From Lachnospiraceae bacterium (GTDB taxonomy: Bacteria; Bacillota; Clostridia; Lachnospirales; Lachnospiraceae), in contig DAVZID010000007.1 of assembly GCA_052273485.1 (NCBI GenBank), positions 2,607 through 66,606 of the forward strand: DNA of 64,000 nucleotides. Direction: 5' to 3'. Every line of letters starts with the position of its first letter. The stretch's first letter is position 1. The notes beneath the pieces are model-generated. The model made no database searches and was not told the origin of the DNA. It saw only the letters and a program-made list of their open reading frames with translations. Below are positions 10,648 to 20,087 of the stretch, piece by piece. Both the position numbers and the translations under genes were made by a program.

Positions 10648-10998
10648 ATGCGTTCAAAACTTTTTCCTGTGGTTCGCACGCTTCTTCTTTCATTTCTGAT
10701 TAGTATCCTAATTCTCTGCCTGATGGCACTTCTAATGTGGAAGCTTTCGCTGTCAGACGGGCAGATAAAGACAGGACTGTATCTGTCCTATCTTCTCTCC
10801 TGCCTGTTCGGTGGCTTCTGCTTTGGACGCATCTTTCCAAAAAGGCGCATCCTCTGGGGACTTTGCTTTGGAATCGGATATTTCCTGCTCCTCGCACTCA
10901 TCTGTCTAATCGTCGCAAAGGGGACATTATCGTATCCTGCATTTCTCACCCTTGGCCTATGCTGCCTCGGAGGGTGCGCAGGGGCGTTCTTTAGTTAG
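10648..10998 (+). CDS. small multi-pass membrane protein (TIGR04086-like)
   Basis: This 116-aa protein has four hydrophobic segments. Its only RBS-like GAGG lies inside the 3' arm of the preceding terminator. Confidence 0.6.
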   Translation: MRSKLFPVVRTLLLSFLISILILCLMALLMWKLSLSDGQIKTGLYLSYLLSCLFGGFCFGRIFPKRRILWGLCFGIGYFLLLALICLIVAKGTLSYPAFLTLGLCCLGGCAGAFFS

Positions 10999-13538
10999 CA
11001 GAAGCACCTTCCATAGCGATACCACAGCCTCTTGATGCGGCTCTGCCGTGCAGTCGCATCGGACGCCATATCACGGTACAGTTGCGCCGTCTCATCGCGA
11101 AGCTCCGTTCCATACGCATGATCACTAAAGGTCAACTCCTGAAGCAGATCCTGTAGCCACATCAGCTTATCCTGCGTCATTGTCGGGAACGACTCTTGAA
11201 GATGAGTCGCATCCGTTGCGATACTGATCTTCTCAAGACCTTCCGCCTCACACAATGCATCCATTCTGGCAAGCGCATAGAGCAGTGCTTCTTTCGGCTC
11301 GCCCTTTAAATGCTGTTCCTGACGCTGCAAACGCATCTTTCTCTGGTAGAGGATGCCAAAGAGAACCAGTACAACAAAGAGAACGCAGCCAAGCACGATT
11401 AAAATCACGCGAATTAAAAGCTGTAAGAAATGATTGTCCTTCGAGTTGTCCGAATTGTTCTGATTATTTTGATTATTCGGGTCACTTGGACTTTGCTGCT
11501 GATTCTGATCCGGCGATGTCGGCTGATTTTGATCGGATGGCTGATCGGAAGCTTGTGTCTCTTCAGATGTGCCGTCCGGTGTCGTTTCAAAAATACCTTC
11601 TACCGTTGCCTGCGGTGCTTCGGTTTCTGGTTCAGCCGGGTTTGTCGCATTCTCTAGCTGATCGGAGCTGATCGTCGAATCGGTCGTATTCGAATCTGCT
11701 AAATCAGCCTCATCAATAAAGCCCGGTGTCACCTCAATCGGAATCCAGCCAACACCTTTTACGTAGATTTCTGCCCACGCATGTGCCGCCTCATCCATGA
11801 TCGCCTGTGCGCCATTTTCTGAGCTTAGGTCTCGTACCAGATAGCCCTCAACGTAGCGCGCCGGGATTCCATAAAGACGGAATAACAATACGGCTGCCGA
11901 TGCAAAGTGGGTGCAGACGCCTTGCTTGTTTTCATAGAGAAAATACTCGACATAATCATTTCCACGCGGTGTAGAACCTGGTGTCTTTGTGTAGGTGGCA
12001 TGTTCCTCAAGTGTCGAACGCACAAAGGATACACAATCAGCAATGGATGTGAACTTCTTCCCTGCATATTCCTCATAGAATGAATCAAGACCTTTTGTCG
12101 GAAGCGTCAGATAAACCGAATCCGCAAAGGCGCGGTAAGACGCATCCGATGTCACTGCAGAACCTGCCGTCTCGAGCTTTTGAATATTGGAGAGGCGCTG
12201 TGTATTCATGTAGTACATCGAAAAGATCTCTCGGTCCGTATCCTGTTTTGGATACGCATCAAATGGCTCACCTGCCGTAACGTTCACCAGATCCGTTCCA
12301 TACGGAATATATGAGAAGGCACTGTTTGCATCTACATCCGAAATAACGAGATCTCTTCTGGCAACCGATGCATCCCCATTATTATAAAGGTTTTCTAACA
12401 CCTGATAATACTGGCTGCTTAAGCTGATGAGATCCATTCCAGTCGCAAGGCCTTCCTCGTTTTGCTTATCGCTAAGCTCCTTCCAGCCACTTCCTGTATA
12501 ATTGCTTCCTACATAGCCGCGAATATAGAGCGGTGCATTCAAATCACTCGAGATATCCAGATACAGATGGGTCTCATCGTAATCACGAATTTCCTTGACA
12601 TTGCTAAGTCTTCCACCATGAACACCGCTGCTGCGGATGATGTCGACTGGAAGCCAGTCCCACTCCCCTCTGGTTATCTTCTTCCAGAGGGTTTCCATAC
12701 TCTTTAACAGATCGCCATTTCGAATGTCCTCGCGAATCTGACTCTGTGCCTCATAGCCATCCGTAAAAGCCGGCCCAATTACAAATCGGCTAAATGGAAG
12801 TAAAAGCAAAAATAAAGCTGCAATCACTGCCGATGTCTGCCAGCGAAGCATACCAAATGCACTGCTGCTCATCTTAACCGTGACCGTACGCACACTAAAA
12901 CTCTCACGATAACGGCTGTACTGCAGTGAAAACATGCCCACTAACACAAACAGCATCATCAAAAAAGCTGGCATTGCTGGCAGTTTTCCGACCGCAAGTG
13001 CAAATACAAAGATTATGGCAAAAATCAACGCCGTCACGCGCCCATCGAGTGAGCGGATCGTTCCAAGCGATAATAACGCTGCAAGCAAAAATGATACAAA
13101 TAAAAGCGTAAGCAAAAGTGCACTGCCCGATACTGGCCCAATTGCAGCAAGTGAAACTTTCGCACTGTAATACTCATTAATATAGCCTGCGTAGATGTTA
13201 TAAAAGCCAAGAAGGCCATTAAAAATGCTACTGTGAAAAATCACACCAAGTAAGATAAAAATACCCAACACAACGGGCCAGGTAATTGCCCTGCTAATCG
13301 GAAGCTCCCATGCCGCTGTTATCAAAAGGCAGATCAAAACAGTCCCTACCACAAGCAGCACATAATTTAGCTCGAGGTCATACGTAAGTGCAAGTCCGAG
13401 CACCACACCAAGCATTCCTATCAAAAAATACAGAAAGCGCAGCAATAAAAACAGCCGCTCATGAAACTTGCCGTGAGTCCGGATTCGGTCTGCCTGAACA
13501 ACCTGCTCGACCAGAATGCCCTTCTCTTCGTTTTCCAT
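10995..13538 (-). CDS. transglutaminase-like membrane protein
   Basis: This 847-aa protein has a multi-TM N-terminal half. The transglutaminase core is QGVCTHFASAAVLLFRLYGIPARYVEGY...AHAWAEIY. A Q/N/S/D-rich linker and a C-terminal TM helix follow. Confidence 0.85.
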   Translation of the reverse strand: MENEEKGILVEQVVQADRIRTHGKFHERLFLLLRFLYFLIGMLGVVLGLALTYDLELNYVLLVVGTVLICLLITAAWELPISRAITWPVVLGIFILLGVIFHSSIFNGLLGFYNIYAGYINEYYSAKVSLAAIGPVSGSALLLTLLFVSFLLAALLSLGTIRSLDGRVTALIFAIIFVFALAVGKLPAMPAFLMMLFVLVGMFSLQYSRYRESFSVRTVTVKMSSSAFGMLRWQTSAVIAALFLLLLPFSRFVIGPAFTDGYEAQSQIREDIRNGDLLKSMETLWKKITRGEWDWLPVDIIRSSGVHGGRLSNVKEIRDYDETHLYLDISSDLNAPLYIRGYVGSNYTGSGWKELSDKQNEEGLATGMDLISLSSQYYQVLENLYNNGDASVARRDLVISDVDANSAFSYIPYGTDLVNVTAGEPFDAYPKQDTDREIFSMYYMNTQRLSNIQKLETAGSAVTSDASYRAFADSVYLTLPTKGLDSFYEEYAGKKFTSIADCVSFVRSTLEEHATYTKTPGSTPRGNDYVEYFLYENKQGVCTHFASAAVLLFRLYGIPARYVEGYLVRDLSSENGAQAIMDEAAHAWAEIYVKGVGWIPIEVTPGFIDEADLADSNTTDSTISSDQLENATNPAEPETEAPQATVEGIFETTPDGTSEETQASDQPSDQNQPTSPDQNQQQSPSDPNNQNNQNNSDNSKDNHFLQLLIRVILIVLGCVLFVVLVLFGILYQRKMRLQRQEQHLKGEPKEALLYALARMDALCEAEGLEKISIATDATHLQESFPTMTQDKLMWLQDLLQELTFSDHAYGTELRDETAQLYRDMASDATARQSRIKRLWYRYGRCFC

Positions 13539-13574
13539 GAAGTTCCTCCTTCATTCTTCACTTAAAGTAATTCA

Positions 13575-14675
13575 TCAGATCTCAATCAACTCATGGATCT
13601 CATTGATTGTAAGAATTGATTTCTTTGTGCCATCCGCTGACAAGAAATCTCCTAACGGGTCATCCTGATTTGTATCCATACAACTGATAGCAATCATACG
13701 ATACAGCGGTGCACTCCTACTGCTTTTGTATTCCTCCCAATACAACTGATGCGTTTTCCTTGCACTGACAAGAAGCTTGCTCATAACAGCAGTAATGTCA
13801 TCCATTCCCTTAATCAGATGCTCCTCAAATCCACCGTCACCATCCTGCGAATACCAGATCACACGATGATGGCACTCCTGAAAACAAAGCGCTGCCGAAA
13901 GCGAATAGCACAAATCATATACGGACTGAATCTCCTCGATCGTCTGATAACGAAGATCCAGAAACAGGCCAACCGAATCGCTGATCGGACGGGACAGTTC
14001 CTTGATCATCATCTGATCAAGACGTGCTGTCATCTTCCAGTGTACTCTTGACATCTTGTCACCCTGACGAAACTCACGAATCTGATAGATCTCTGCCGGA
14101 TCATCTCCCGCATGATGCTTATCATATTCCTCACTGTCACTGTCAAAACTGCGGCACGCATCCGTTACTGCCACCTGTAAATCCAAAAGATGCGGCATAA
14201 CAACACACTCTGCCTGCGCTGTAAACTGCTTTTTTCTCTGAAATAATCTTAAATAGTCAAACAGCACAATCCGATCAAACGTAATTTTTACTACACCACA
14301 ATACGTTGAACAAAAGGTAAATGGCACCGTTACGGTAGCCCTTGCCGGTGCACGCAAATTAATATCATAGGATTCCTTTTCTCCGTCGAGTGTATTGCTA
14401 ACCGTAACACGCACAGATGCATCGGTGATCGGAATCCATCCATTGTTACAAAACCGAATCGGAATCTCTATCTTTTCCTCACAGTCTGCCACCTGTGGAC
14501 CATGACCAATCTTTACCTGAACGTTTTTCTTTTGATACCAGGTGAGTGCAAACAACACAATCGGCAGCAGCAGCTCAAAAGCCAAAAATACACCTGGAAC
14601 TGGACTCTCATACATCAGCGCAATATACGATGTAATGAGAATCAGTAAAACGTAGACAATTTTTCTTCCCCACAT
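13575..14675 (-). CDS. DUF58 (vWA-like) family protein
   Basis: This 366-aa protein has two N-terminal TM helices. It carries the DUF58 hallmark IREFRQGDKMSRVHWKMTAR. Confidence 0.8.
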   Translation of the reverse strand: MWGRKIVYVLLILITSYIALMYESPVPGVFLAFELLLPIVLFALTWYQKKNVQVKIGHGPQVADCEEKIEIPIRFCNNGWIPITDASVRVTVSNTLDGEKESYDINLRAPARATVTVPFTFCSTYCGVVKITFDRIVLFDYLRLFQRKKQFTAQAECVVMPHLLDLQVAVTDACRSFDSDSEEYDKHHAGDDPAEIYQIREFRQGDKMSRVHWKMTARLDQMMIKELSRPISDSVGLFLDLRYQTIEEIQSVYDLCYSLSAALCFQECHHRVIWYSQDGDGGFEEHLIKGMDDITAVMSKLLVSARKTHQLYWEEYKSSRSAPLYRMIAISCMDTNQDDPLGDFLSADGTKKSILTINEIHELIEI

Positions 14676-14705
14676 AAATTTCTCCTTTCAGCAAAAAGCA
14701 AATAA

Positions 14706-14736
14706 AGGCCTTATAGAACATGTTCCTACAAGGCCT
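14706..14736 (-). terminator. intra-operon hairpin between the MoxR and DUF58 genes
   Basis: The minus strand reads AGGCCTT-N17-AAGGCCT followed by TTATTTGCTTTTTGC. This is a possible partial terminator or processing site. Confidence 0.4.
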
Positions 14737-14743
14737 GTCTTTC

Positions 14744-15688
14744 TTATTTTGCCTTTGGCTGAGGGATCAGCTTTAAGATCTGCTCCAAAATACCTTCTGC
14801 TGTCAGGCCACCAACTTTTGCTTTCGTATTTAAAATTAGACGGTGTGCACAGACATCCGTAAAGACAGAAGCTACATCCGCTGGAACCACATAATCACGC
14901 TCCTGAAGATATGCATGTGCACTTGCCATATGAATCAGCGCAAGCGTTCCTCTCGGACTGACACCAAGGCTTAAATATTGATGCTTTCTGGTTGCATTAA
15001 CCAGATCAGTCGTATACTGATAAATCAGATCATGGATAAATACCTTCTCGACTTCCTGCTTCATCTCCAAAATATCATCCACAGTAAGAGAGGACGGAAT
15101 GTCATCAACCGAATATTCCTTCTTACTCTTCATCATAGAGATCTCATCTGCCTGACTCGGATAGCCAAGAGACATACGAACCATGAAACGGTCAAGCTGA
15201 GACTCCGGAAGCAGCTGCGTACCAGAAGAGCCTGTTGGATTCTCTGTTGCAATTACCATAAATGGCTGAGGAACCTCTCTCTTTACAGCATCAATTGTGA
15301 CGGTACCTTCCTCCATAACCTCGAGCAGTGCAGACTGTGTCTTAGGCGATGTACGGTTAATCTCATCGGCAAGAAACAAATTGCACATAACAGCGCCCGG
15401 ATAATACACAAATTTTCCGGTGTCCTTCTGATACATATGATAACCACATACATCAGACGGAAGCACATCCGGCGTAAACTGCATACGCTTCTGCTTTAAG
15501 GACAATGCTTTTGAAAATGCCAATGCTAATGTTGTCTTTCCAACACCTGGAATATCCTCCATCAGAATATGACCACCTGCAAGCATCGTACACATCAGCT
15601 TATTTAAGCTCTCATCCTTGCCCTTGATTACCTTTTTTATATCATCAATTGCCTGCCAAACTTTCTTTACGTTCTGTATATTCTCCAT
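14744..15688 (-). CDS. MoxR-family AAA+ ATPase
   Basis: Walker A EDIPGVGKTTLA and Walker B LFLADEINR are present. I prefer the ATG at 15688 (AGAGGAAAC upstream); 15700 is possible. Confidence 0.88.
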   Translation of the reverse strand: MENIQNVKKVWQAIDDIKKVIKGKDESLNKLMCTMLAGGHILMEDIPGVGKTTLALAFSKALSLKQKRMQFTPDVLPSDVCGYHMYQKDTGKFVYYPGAVMCNLFLADEINRTSPKTQSALLEVMEEGTVTIDAVKREVPQPFMVIATENPTGSSGTQLLPESQLDRFMVRMSLGYPSQADEISMMKSKKEYSVDDIPSSLTVDDILEMKQEVEKVFIHDLIYQYTTDLVNATRKHQYLSLGVSPRGTLALIHMASAHAYLQERDYVVPADVASVFTDVCAHRLILNTKAKVGGLTAEGILEQILKLIPQPKAK

Positions 15689-15708
15689 GTTTCCTCTCAT
15701 TTCTTGTC

Positions 15709-16539
15709 TTATGCCGCATCTGCCTGTGAGTTTGCCTCACTCATGGACTCACTCACAGACTCTGACGTATTTTCTTCGGAAAGCTGCTCTGTGGAGTCTT
15801 CTTCTGATGCATCTACTGAGCTTTCTTCATCGGATGCATCAGAAGAAGACGGAACGGTTGTCTTTCCATCAAGCATATCCTTTAAGTTCTTAAGTGCTTC
15901 ATCCTTTACACATGCTTCCTGGTATCTGGTATTGACATTTGCAACCAGTTCACGCACGGATTCCCATCCGGCTACCTCCTGCAAATAAGCAGCGATCTCG
16001 CCATCCTTTGCATTCTTGTCGATATACAGGCTTCCATCTTCATTCTGACAAATGTACAGACGGATCATAGACGGTGCCTTTGTATCAATTCCAATAAAAT
16101 TAATCTCATAGTACACATATGCAATATAAGTGTTATCTGCAATGCCTGGAACAGTATAGCAGACAATGTTTTCATAGGATTCTACATACTCACACTGCTT
16201 TTTCAGTGCATCCTCGCTAAATGGTGTCTCCTGTGAAACAATCTGAGTCAGCTGCTTCACATCCGCATTCTTTACTGCGTCAAAATACTTTTGTACCAGT
16301 TCCTTTACTGCCGGTACACCGTCCTTCTCAAGGGACTGAATCTGATTGTTGTTATTATTCTGCTTCTCAGTGACATCGACCACCGTCTGAATCTCTTGAC
16401 GATCCTTATTGCCTTTTCGACTTGTAATCACAATAACTGCGACAATCAGTGCAGCCGCTACCAGAATGATGACAAAATACGGAAGAATTCTCCGGATCAC
16501 CCCTGGTTTTTTCTTTCTTTTAAAATTATTTTTTGCCAT
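15709..16539 (-). CDS. single-pass membrane protein with an acidic Ser/Asp/Glu-rich tail
   Basis: This 276-aa protein has a basic N-terminus, one TM helix, a globular ectodomain, and a tail reading SSSDASDEESSVDASEEDSTEQLSEE. Confidence 0.6.
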   Translation of the reverse strand: MAKNNFKRKKKPGVIRRILPYFVIILVAAALIVAVIVITSRKGNKDRQEIQTVVDVTEKQNNNNNQIQSLEKDGVPAVKELVQKYFDAVKNADVKQLTQIVSQETPFSEDALKKQCEYVESYENIVCYTVPGIADNTYIAYVYYEINFIGIDTKAPSMIRLYICQNEDGSLYIDKNAKDGEIAAYLQEVAGWESVRELVANVNTRYQEACVKDEALKNLKDMLDGKTTVPSSSDASDEESSVDASEEDSTEQLSEENTSESVSESMSEANSQADAA

Positions 16540-16568
16540 AGTTCCTTCCTGTTCTGCCGTCTTGCACG

Positions 16569-17456
16569 TTACTGTGCTGCGCGCGGACGCGCTTCAGGCT
16601 CATCAAAATATCTTTCCTTTACTAGCTCCACCGGCATCTGCTCTCCTGTCCACAAGGTAAATGCCTCCGCTCCCTGATAAAGCAGCATATACAGCCCATT
16701 AAAGCAGCTGCATCCCTGGCTCTCGGCAATCTTCATCAGTTTTGTCTTTCGCGGATTGTAAATCACGTCAGATACAATCAGCTCTGGATGGAAGAAAGCT
16801 GGATTTTCAATTACACTTCGATCCGTATCTGGTGCCATGCCAACATTCGTGCCATTCGTCAAAATACGGCTCTGGGAAAGCTCCCTTTTGATCACCGACT
16901 CATCGGAATAATCAAACAGATTAATCTTGCAGGCTGTTTCTTTTGTCAGCTGACTGATGACAGCCCTTGCATGCTCGGTGGATTTACCTGGACGACAGAA
17001 TACAGAAATCTCCCGTACCCCATCGAGTGCCGCCTGAACCAGAATCGACGTTGCCGCGCCGCCCGCTCCAAGAAGCGTCATCTTCTCGCCTTCTATGCAA
17101 AAGCCTGCTTCCTTTACCGCCCGCATATAGCCAGTTCCGTCGGTATTATACCCGCGAAGCGTTCCATTTTCATTTACAACCGTATTTACAGAACCTGTAA
17201 TCGCCGCCGCCGGAGAAAGCACATCACAAAGCTGTGCCATCTTTGACTTGTCCGGCATCGTGCAGTTCCAGCCTCTTGCTCCCAGGCTCACAAGGCCATC
17301 TACCGCACCGCTAAGACCTTCAATTCCCACATCAAAGCAAAGATACACATAATTTAATCCCAACTCCTGAAATGCTGTATTGTGCATCATCGGCGATTTG
17401 CTGTGCCCTACCGGACTTCCAAGTAGGCCGGTAAGACCCGTCTTTCCATTTATCAT
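16569..17456 (-). CDS. aroE: shikimate dehydrogenase
   Basis: The motifs LLGSPVGHSKSPMMHN and the Rossmann segment LLGAGGAATS are present. I prefer the third-codon ATG (17456) because GAGAGG is only 2 nt from the 17462 ATG. Confidence 0.88.
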   Translation of the reverse strand: MINGKTGLTGLLGSPVGHSKSPMMHNTAFQELGLNYVYLCFDVGIEGLSGAVDGLVSLGARGWNCTMPDKSKMAQLCDVLSPAAAITGSVNTVVNENGTLRGYNTDGTGYMRAVKEAGFCIEGEKMTLLGAGGAATSILVQAALDGVREISVFCRPGKSTEHARAVISQLTKETACKINLFDYSDESVIKRELSQSRILTNGTNVGMAPDTDRSVIENPAFFHPELIVSDVIYNPRKTKLMKIAESQGCSCFNGLYMLLYQGAEAFTLWTGEQMPVELVKERYFDEPEARPRAAQ

Positions 17457-17476
17457 AGACATTTCCTCTCTTGTTT

Positions 17477-17536
17477 CGCTCCACAGTCAATCACTTCACA
17501 GTCAATCGCTTCACAGTCAATCGCTTCACAGAATCT
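17477..17536. repeat. 15-bp tandem repeat, about 4 copies (CGCTTCACAGTCAAT)
   Basis: The units are CGCTCCACAGTCAAT, CACTTCACAGTCAAT, CGCTTCACAGTCAAT and CGCTTCACAGAATCT. They are contiguous and begin 15 nt upstream of the aroE ORF. Confidence 0.9.
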
Positions 17537-17700
17537 AATATAGCGAAACGATTTTGAAAATAAACTCCCGTGAATGGCACCATTCCAACTGCCCAAGCTC
17601 CCCTATACTTTAATACGAATCTGTAAAATATGCAAGCTTTTTATCTCTTTTGCCACTCTCTGTACTCTATTTTGTGCAAAATTACCACGAAATAGTGCTG

Positions 17701-18600
17701 TTATACTACAATGTGAACCTCATCTGTTTCTGGATCATATACATAAACGTGATTGGATAAAAAATCGGTACTGACTGCATCTGTAAGGTTTACTTCCTCT
17801 ACGATTTCCTTTAGCTGCATCGGAACAGTCTGCTCTTTTGTTTCTTCCTCTCCATTTGACTTTGCAAGAAGCAGCACCTCGTGTACGCTTGATGGTAAAA
17901 TGTAGTATGCACCTCCAAGTTTTTTTGATGCCTGACGCAGTACACCTGGATACAAAATGACCGATGCGCCGAAAAATGCTTTGTTATTCGTCAAGGCAAA
18001 AAGATGAGGAAACTCCGACTCCTGTGCAAAATCTGTTATTCCAATCAAAGCCTCCACGCTGTTAAAGGCCGGCGGAAATCGCCGTATCATTGAAGTAATG
18101 GCCGTCTGAAACAAAATATCTTCTGTCACCTCCCAAATCCGACAATGATCCTGATACACCACAGCCGCTCCCATCATCGTATCAGGTCCTTCAAAGACAA
18201 GCTGATAGACAACTGCAAAATCAAGAATACGCCGGTGTGGAACTAGCGCTAAAAAGGATTGATTTTTCTGATACGGAATCAATCGTATTGCCAGACATGC
18301 AGCTGCACACTCAAACTTTGTAAAAATCTCCCCCTCTACTGTCTTGTTTTCCGTTACCATATCTAGCACATTCTTCAATTCTTTTTGGATGCTTTCCATC
18401 GAATAGCCATGCTGATACATACGGTAAAACGGTGCCATATATACCCAAGGGGTTGTTCGCTTTCCTTTGTGGTATAATGACACCGTTTTTATCTTTGCTG
18501 TATGTTTTTGCTCAATCGTCTGTACCGTTACCTTCTCGTCAGCCGAATAGGTAAATTGAAGACCCGCGGTAATTGTAAATAAAAATTGTTGATAATCCAT
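17701..18600 (-). CDS. hypothetical protein (DUF5688-like)
   Basis: This is a 299-aa soluble ORF with a GGAGGG RBS. The family assignment is by resemblance only. Confidence 0.6.
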   Translation of the reverse strand: MDYQQFLFTITAGLQFTYSADEKVTVQTIEQKHTAKIKTVSLYHKGKRTTPWVYMAPFYRMYQHGYSMESIQKELKNVLDMVTENKTVEGEIFTKFECAAACLAIRLIPYQKNQSFLALVPHRRILDFAVVYQLVFEGPDTMMGAAVVYQDHCRIWEVTEDILFQTAITSMIRRFPPAFNSVEALIGITDFAQESEFPHLFALTNNKAFFGASVILYPGVLRQASKKLGGAYYILPSSVHEVLLLAKSNGEEETKEQTVPMQLKEIVEEVNLTDAVSTDFLSNHVYVYDPETDEVHIVV

Positions 18601-18689
18601 ATTGCCCTCCGATTTTCAAGTTTGTTTTCAAGCTTTGCTCGTATTGTTTCAGCCTAAAAGAAAAAAATCAGAAAAGCTGGATGAGAGAA

Positions 18690-18761
18690 TACATCTGATG
18701 GGAATCGAACCCACGCACACGGCTCCGGAGGCCATCGCTCTATCCACTGAGCTACAGATGT
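18690..18761 (-). tRNA. tRNA-Arg (anticodon CCG)
   Basis: The reverse complement is ACATCTGTAGCTCAGTGGATAGAGCGATGGCCTCCGGAGCCGTGTGCGTGGGTTCGATTCCCATCAGATGTA. It folds as a 72-nt cloverleaf with acceptor ACATCTG/CAGATGT, anticodon loop CTCCGGA and T-loop TTCGATT. CCA is not encoded. Confidence 0.93.
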
Positions 18762-18870
18762 ATATGCTGACCTAAGCAGCATATTTTATTTCTAATGATT
18801 AAAAATCTCACAGCCAAAAGCCGATGCAAGAAAACTCGCATAGACCTTTGACCTTGCGATTCTGATATCA

Positions 18871-19428
18871 TTATACTCTGGACAGATACTCGCCAGTTCT
18901 GGTATCAATCTTGATAACCTCACCGTTCTCTACGAACAGCGGAACCATTACCTGTGCACCAGTCTCAACGATTGCCGGCTTGGTAGCACCAGTAGCAGTA
19001 TTTCCCTTGAAACCTGGCTCGGTCTCAGTAATCTGAAGCTCTACGAACAGCGGTGGCTCTACGGAGAATACGTTTCCATTGTGAGAACATACCTTACACA
19101 TCTCGTTCTCCTTAACGAACTTTAATGCGTCACCGATCAGCTCGCTTCCAAGTGCGATCTGCTCATAGGTATCGTTGTCCATGAAGTAATACAGATCTCC
19201 ATCCTGATACAGATACTGCATATCCTTACGGTCAATTCTTGCCTCCGGGAACTTCTCGGTTGGACGGAAGGTCTTCTCAACTACTCCGCCATTCTTGATA
19301 TCCTTTAACTTTGTACGAACAAATGCCGCACCCTTACCTGGCTTTACGTGCTGAAACTCAAGGATCTGATAGACAGTGCCTTCAATTTCCAAAGTCTTAC
19401 CATTTCTGAAATCACCAGCTGAAATCAT
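18871..19428 (-). CDS. efp: elongation factor P
   Basis: This 185-aa protein has the signature [17 protein letters not shown]. Confidence 0.95.
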   Translation of the reverse strand: MISAGDFRNGKTLEIEGTVYQILEFQHVKPGKGAAFVRTKLKDIKNGGVVEKTFRPTEKFPEARIDRKDMQYLYQDGDLYYFMDNDTYEQIALGSELIGDALKFVKENEMCKVCSHNGNVFSVEPPLFVELQITETEPGFKGNTATGATKPAIVETGAQVMVPLFVENGEVIKIDTRTGEYLSRV

Positions 19429-19539
19429 GTTTTTTCCTCCTGTAAATGAGAATGAACGGCATCTTTCTGTACAGCTGCACAGATGCCTATCGGTCTAACA
19501 AAACGCAAACGCCCATTAAACGGCGCTGCATACTGTATT

Positions 19540-19568
19540 ATCATACAATAAAAAATCGAACTTTTCAA
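19540..19568 (-). promoter_or_regulatory. sigma-A type promoter for efp
   Basis: The minus strand reads TTGAAA, a 17-nt spacer, then TATGAT. Confidence 0.45.
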
Positions 19569-19577
19569 GTAGTATTT

Positions 19578-20087
19578 TTAAAACTTATGAAAAAAACTTA
19601 AAATCTCCCCAGCCAGTTCGCCAGGTGTTTTCTGGTCGACGTCCAGAATCGTATCCGCAGCGCTTATATAATGATCTTCACGCTGTGCCATCAGTGTACG
19701 CACCTTTTCTCCACTGTCATCGCCCTGAAGAAGGGGACGCGTGGTATCACCCTTTAAGCGCGCTAAGACGGTTTCTGGACGAATTTTTAAATAGACAACC
19801 ATGCCAAGTTTTTTCAGAAGTGCTCTGTTTTCTGCACGTAATGGCATTCCACCTCCACAGGAAATCACAAATTGTTTGTCTTGTGCAAGCAGTGTCTTAA
19901 GTGCCTTTGTCTCTGCCTGTCGAAAATAAGCTTCACCCTTTTGGGCAAAGATTTCAGAAATGCGCATTTTCTCACATTCTTCGATATAGGCATCGGTATC
20001 AATAAACTCCAATCCACTCTTTGCAAGCTCCTTGCCTACCGTTGTCTTTCCAGCCCCCATAAAACCGATTAAAATAATAGAACTCAT
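19578..20087 (-). CDS. aroK: shikimate kinase
   Basis: The P-loop GFMGAGKTTVG is present. The start overlaps the yqeG stop by 4 nt. Confidence 0.9.
   Translation of the reverse strand: MSSIILIGFMGAGKTTVGKELAKSGLEFIDTDAYIEECEKMRISEIFAQKGEAYFRQAETKALKTLLAQDKQFVISCGGGMPLRAENRALLKKLGMVVYLKIRPETVLARLKGDTTRPLLQGDDSGEKVRTLMAQREDHYISAADTILDVDQKTPGELAGEILSFFHKF

Noticed and set aside
17477-17536. CRISPR array as an explanation for the 15-bp repeats.
   Set aside because: The units are directly contiguous with no spacers and are only 15 bp long. No cas genes are present in the window.
18762-18784. The perfect 8-bp hairpin ATATGCTG-N7-CAGCATAT abutting the 5' end of tRNA-Arg, considered as the efp terminator.
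   Set aside because: The T-tract lies on the plus strand only, so it is not a canonical terminator for the minus-strand efp gene. It may be a processing or antisense-blocking structure, but I cannot support a specific call.
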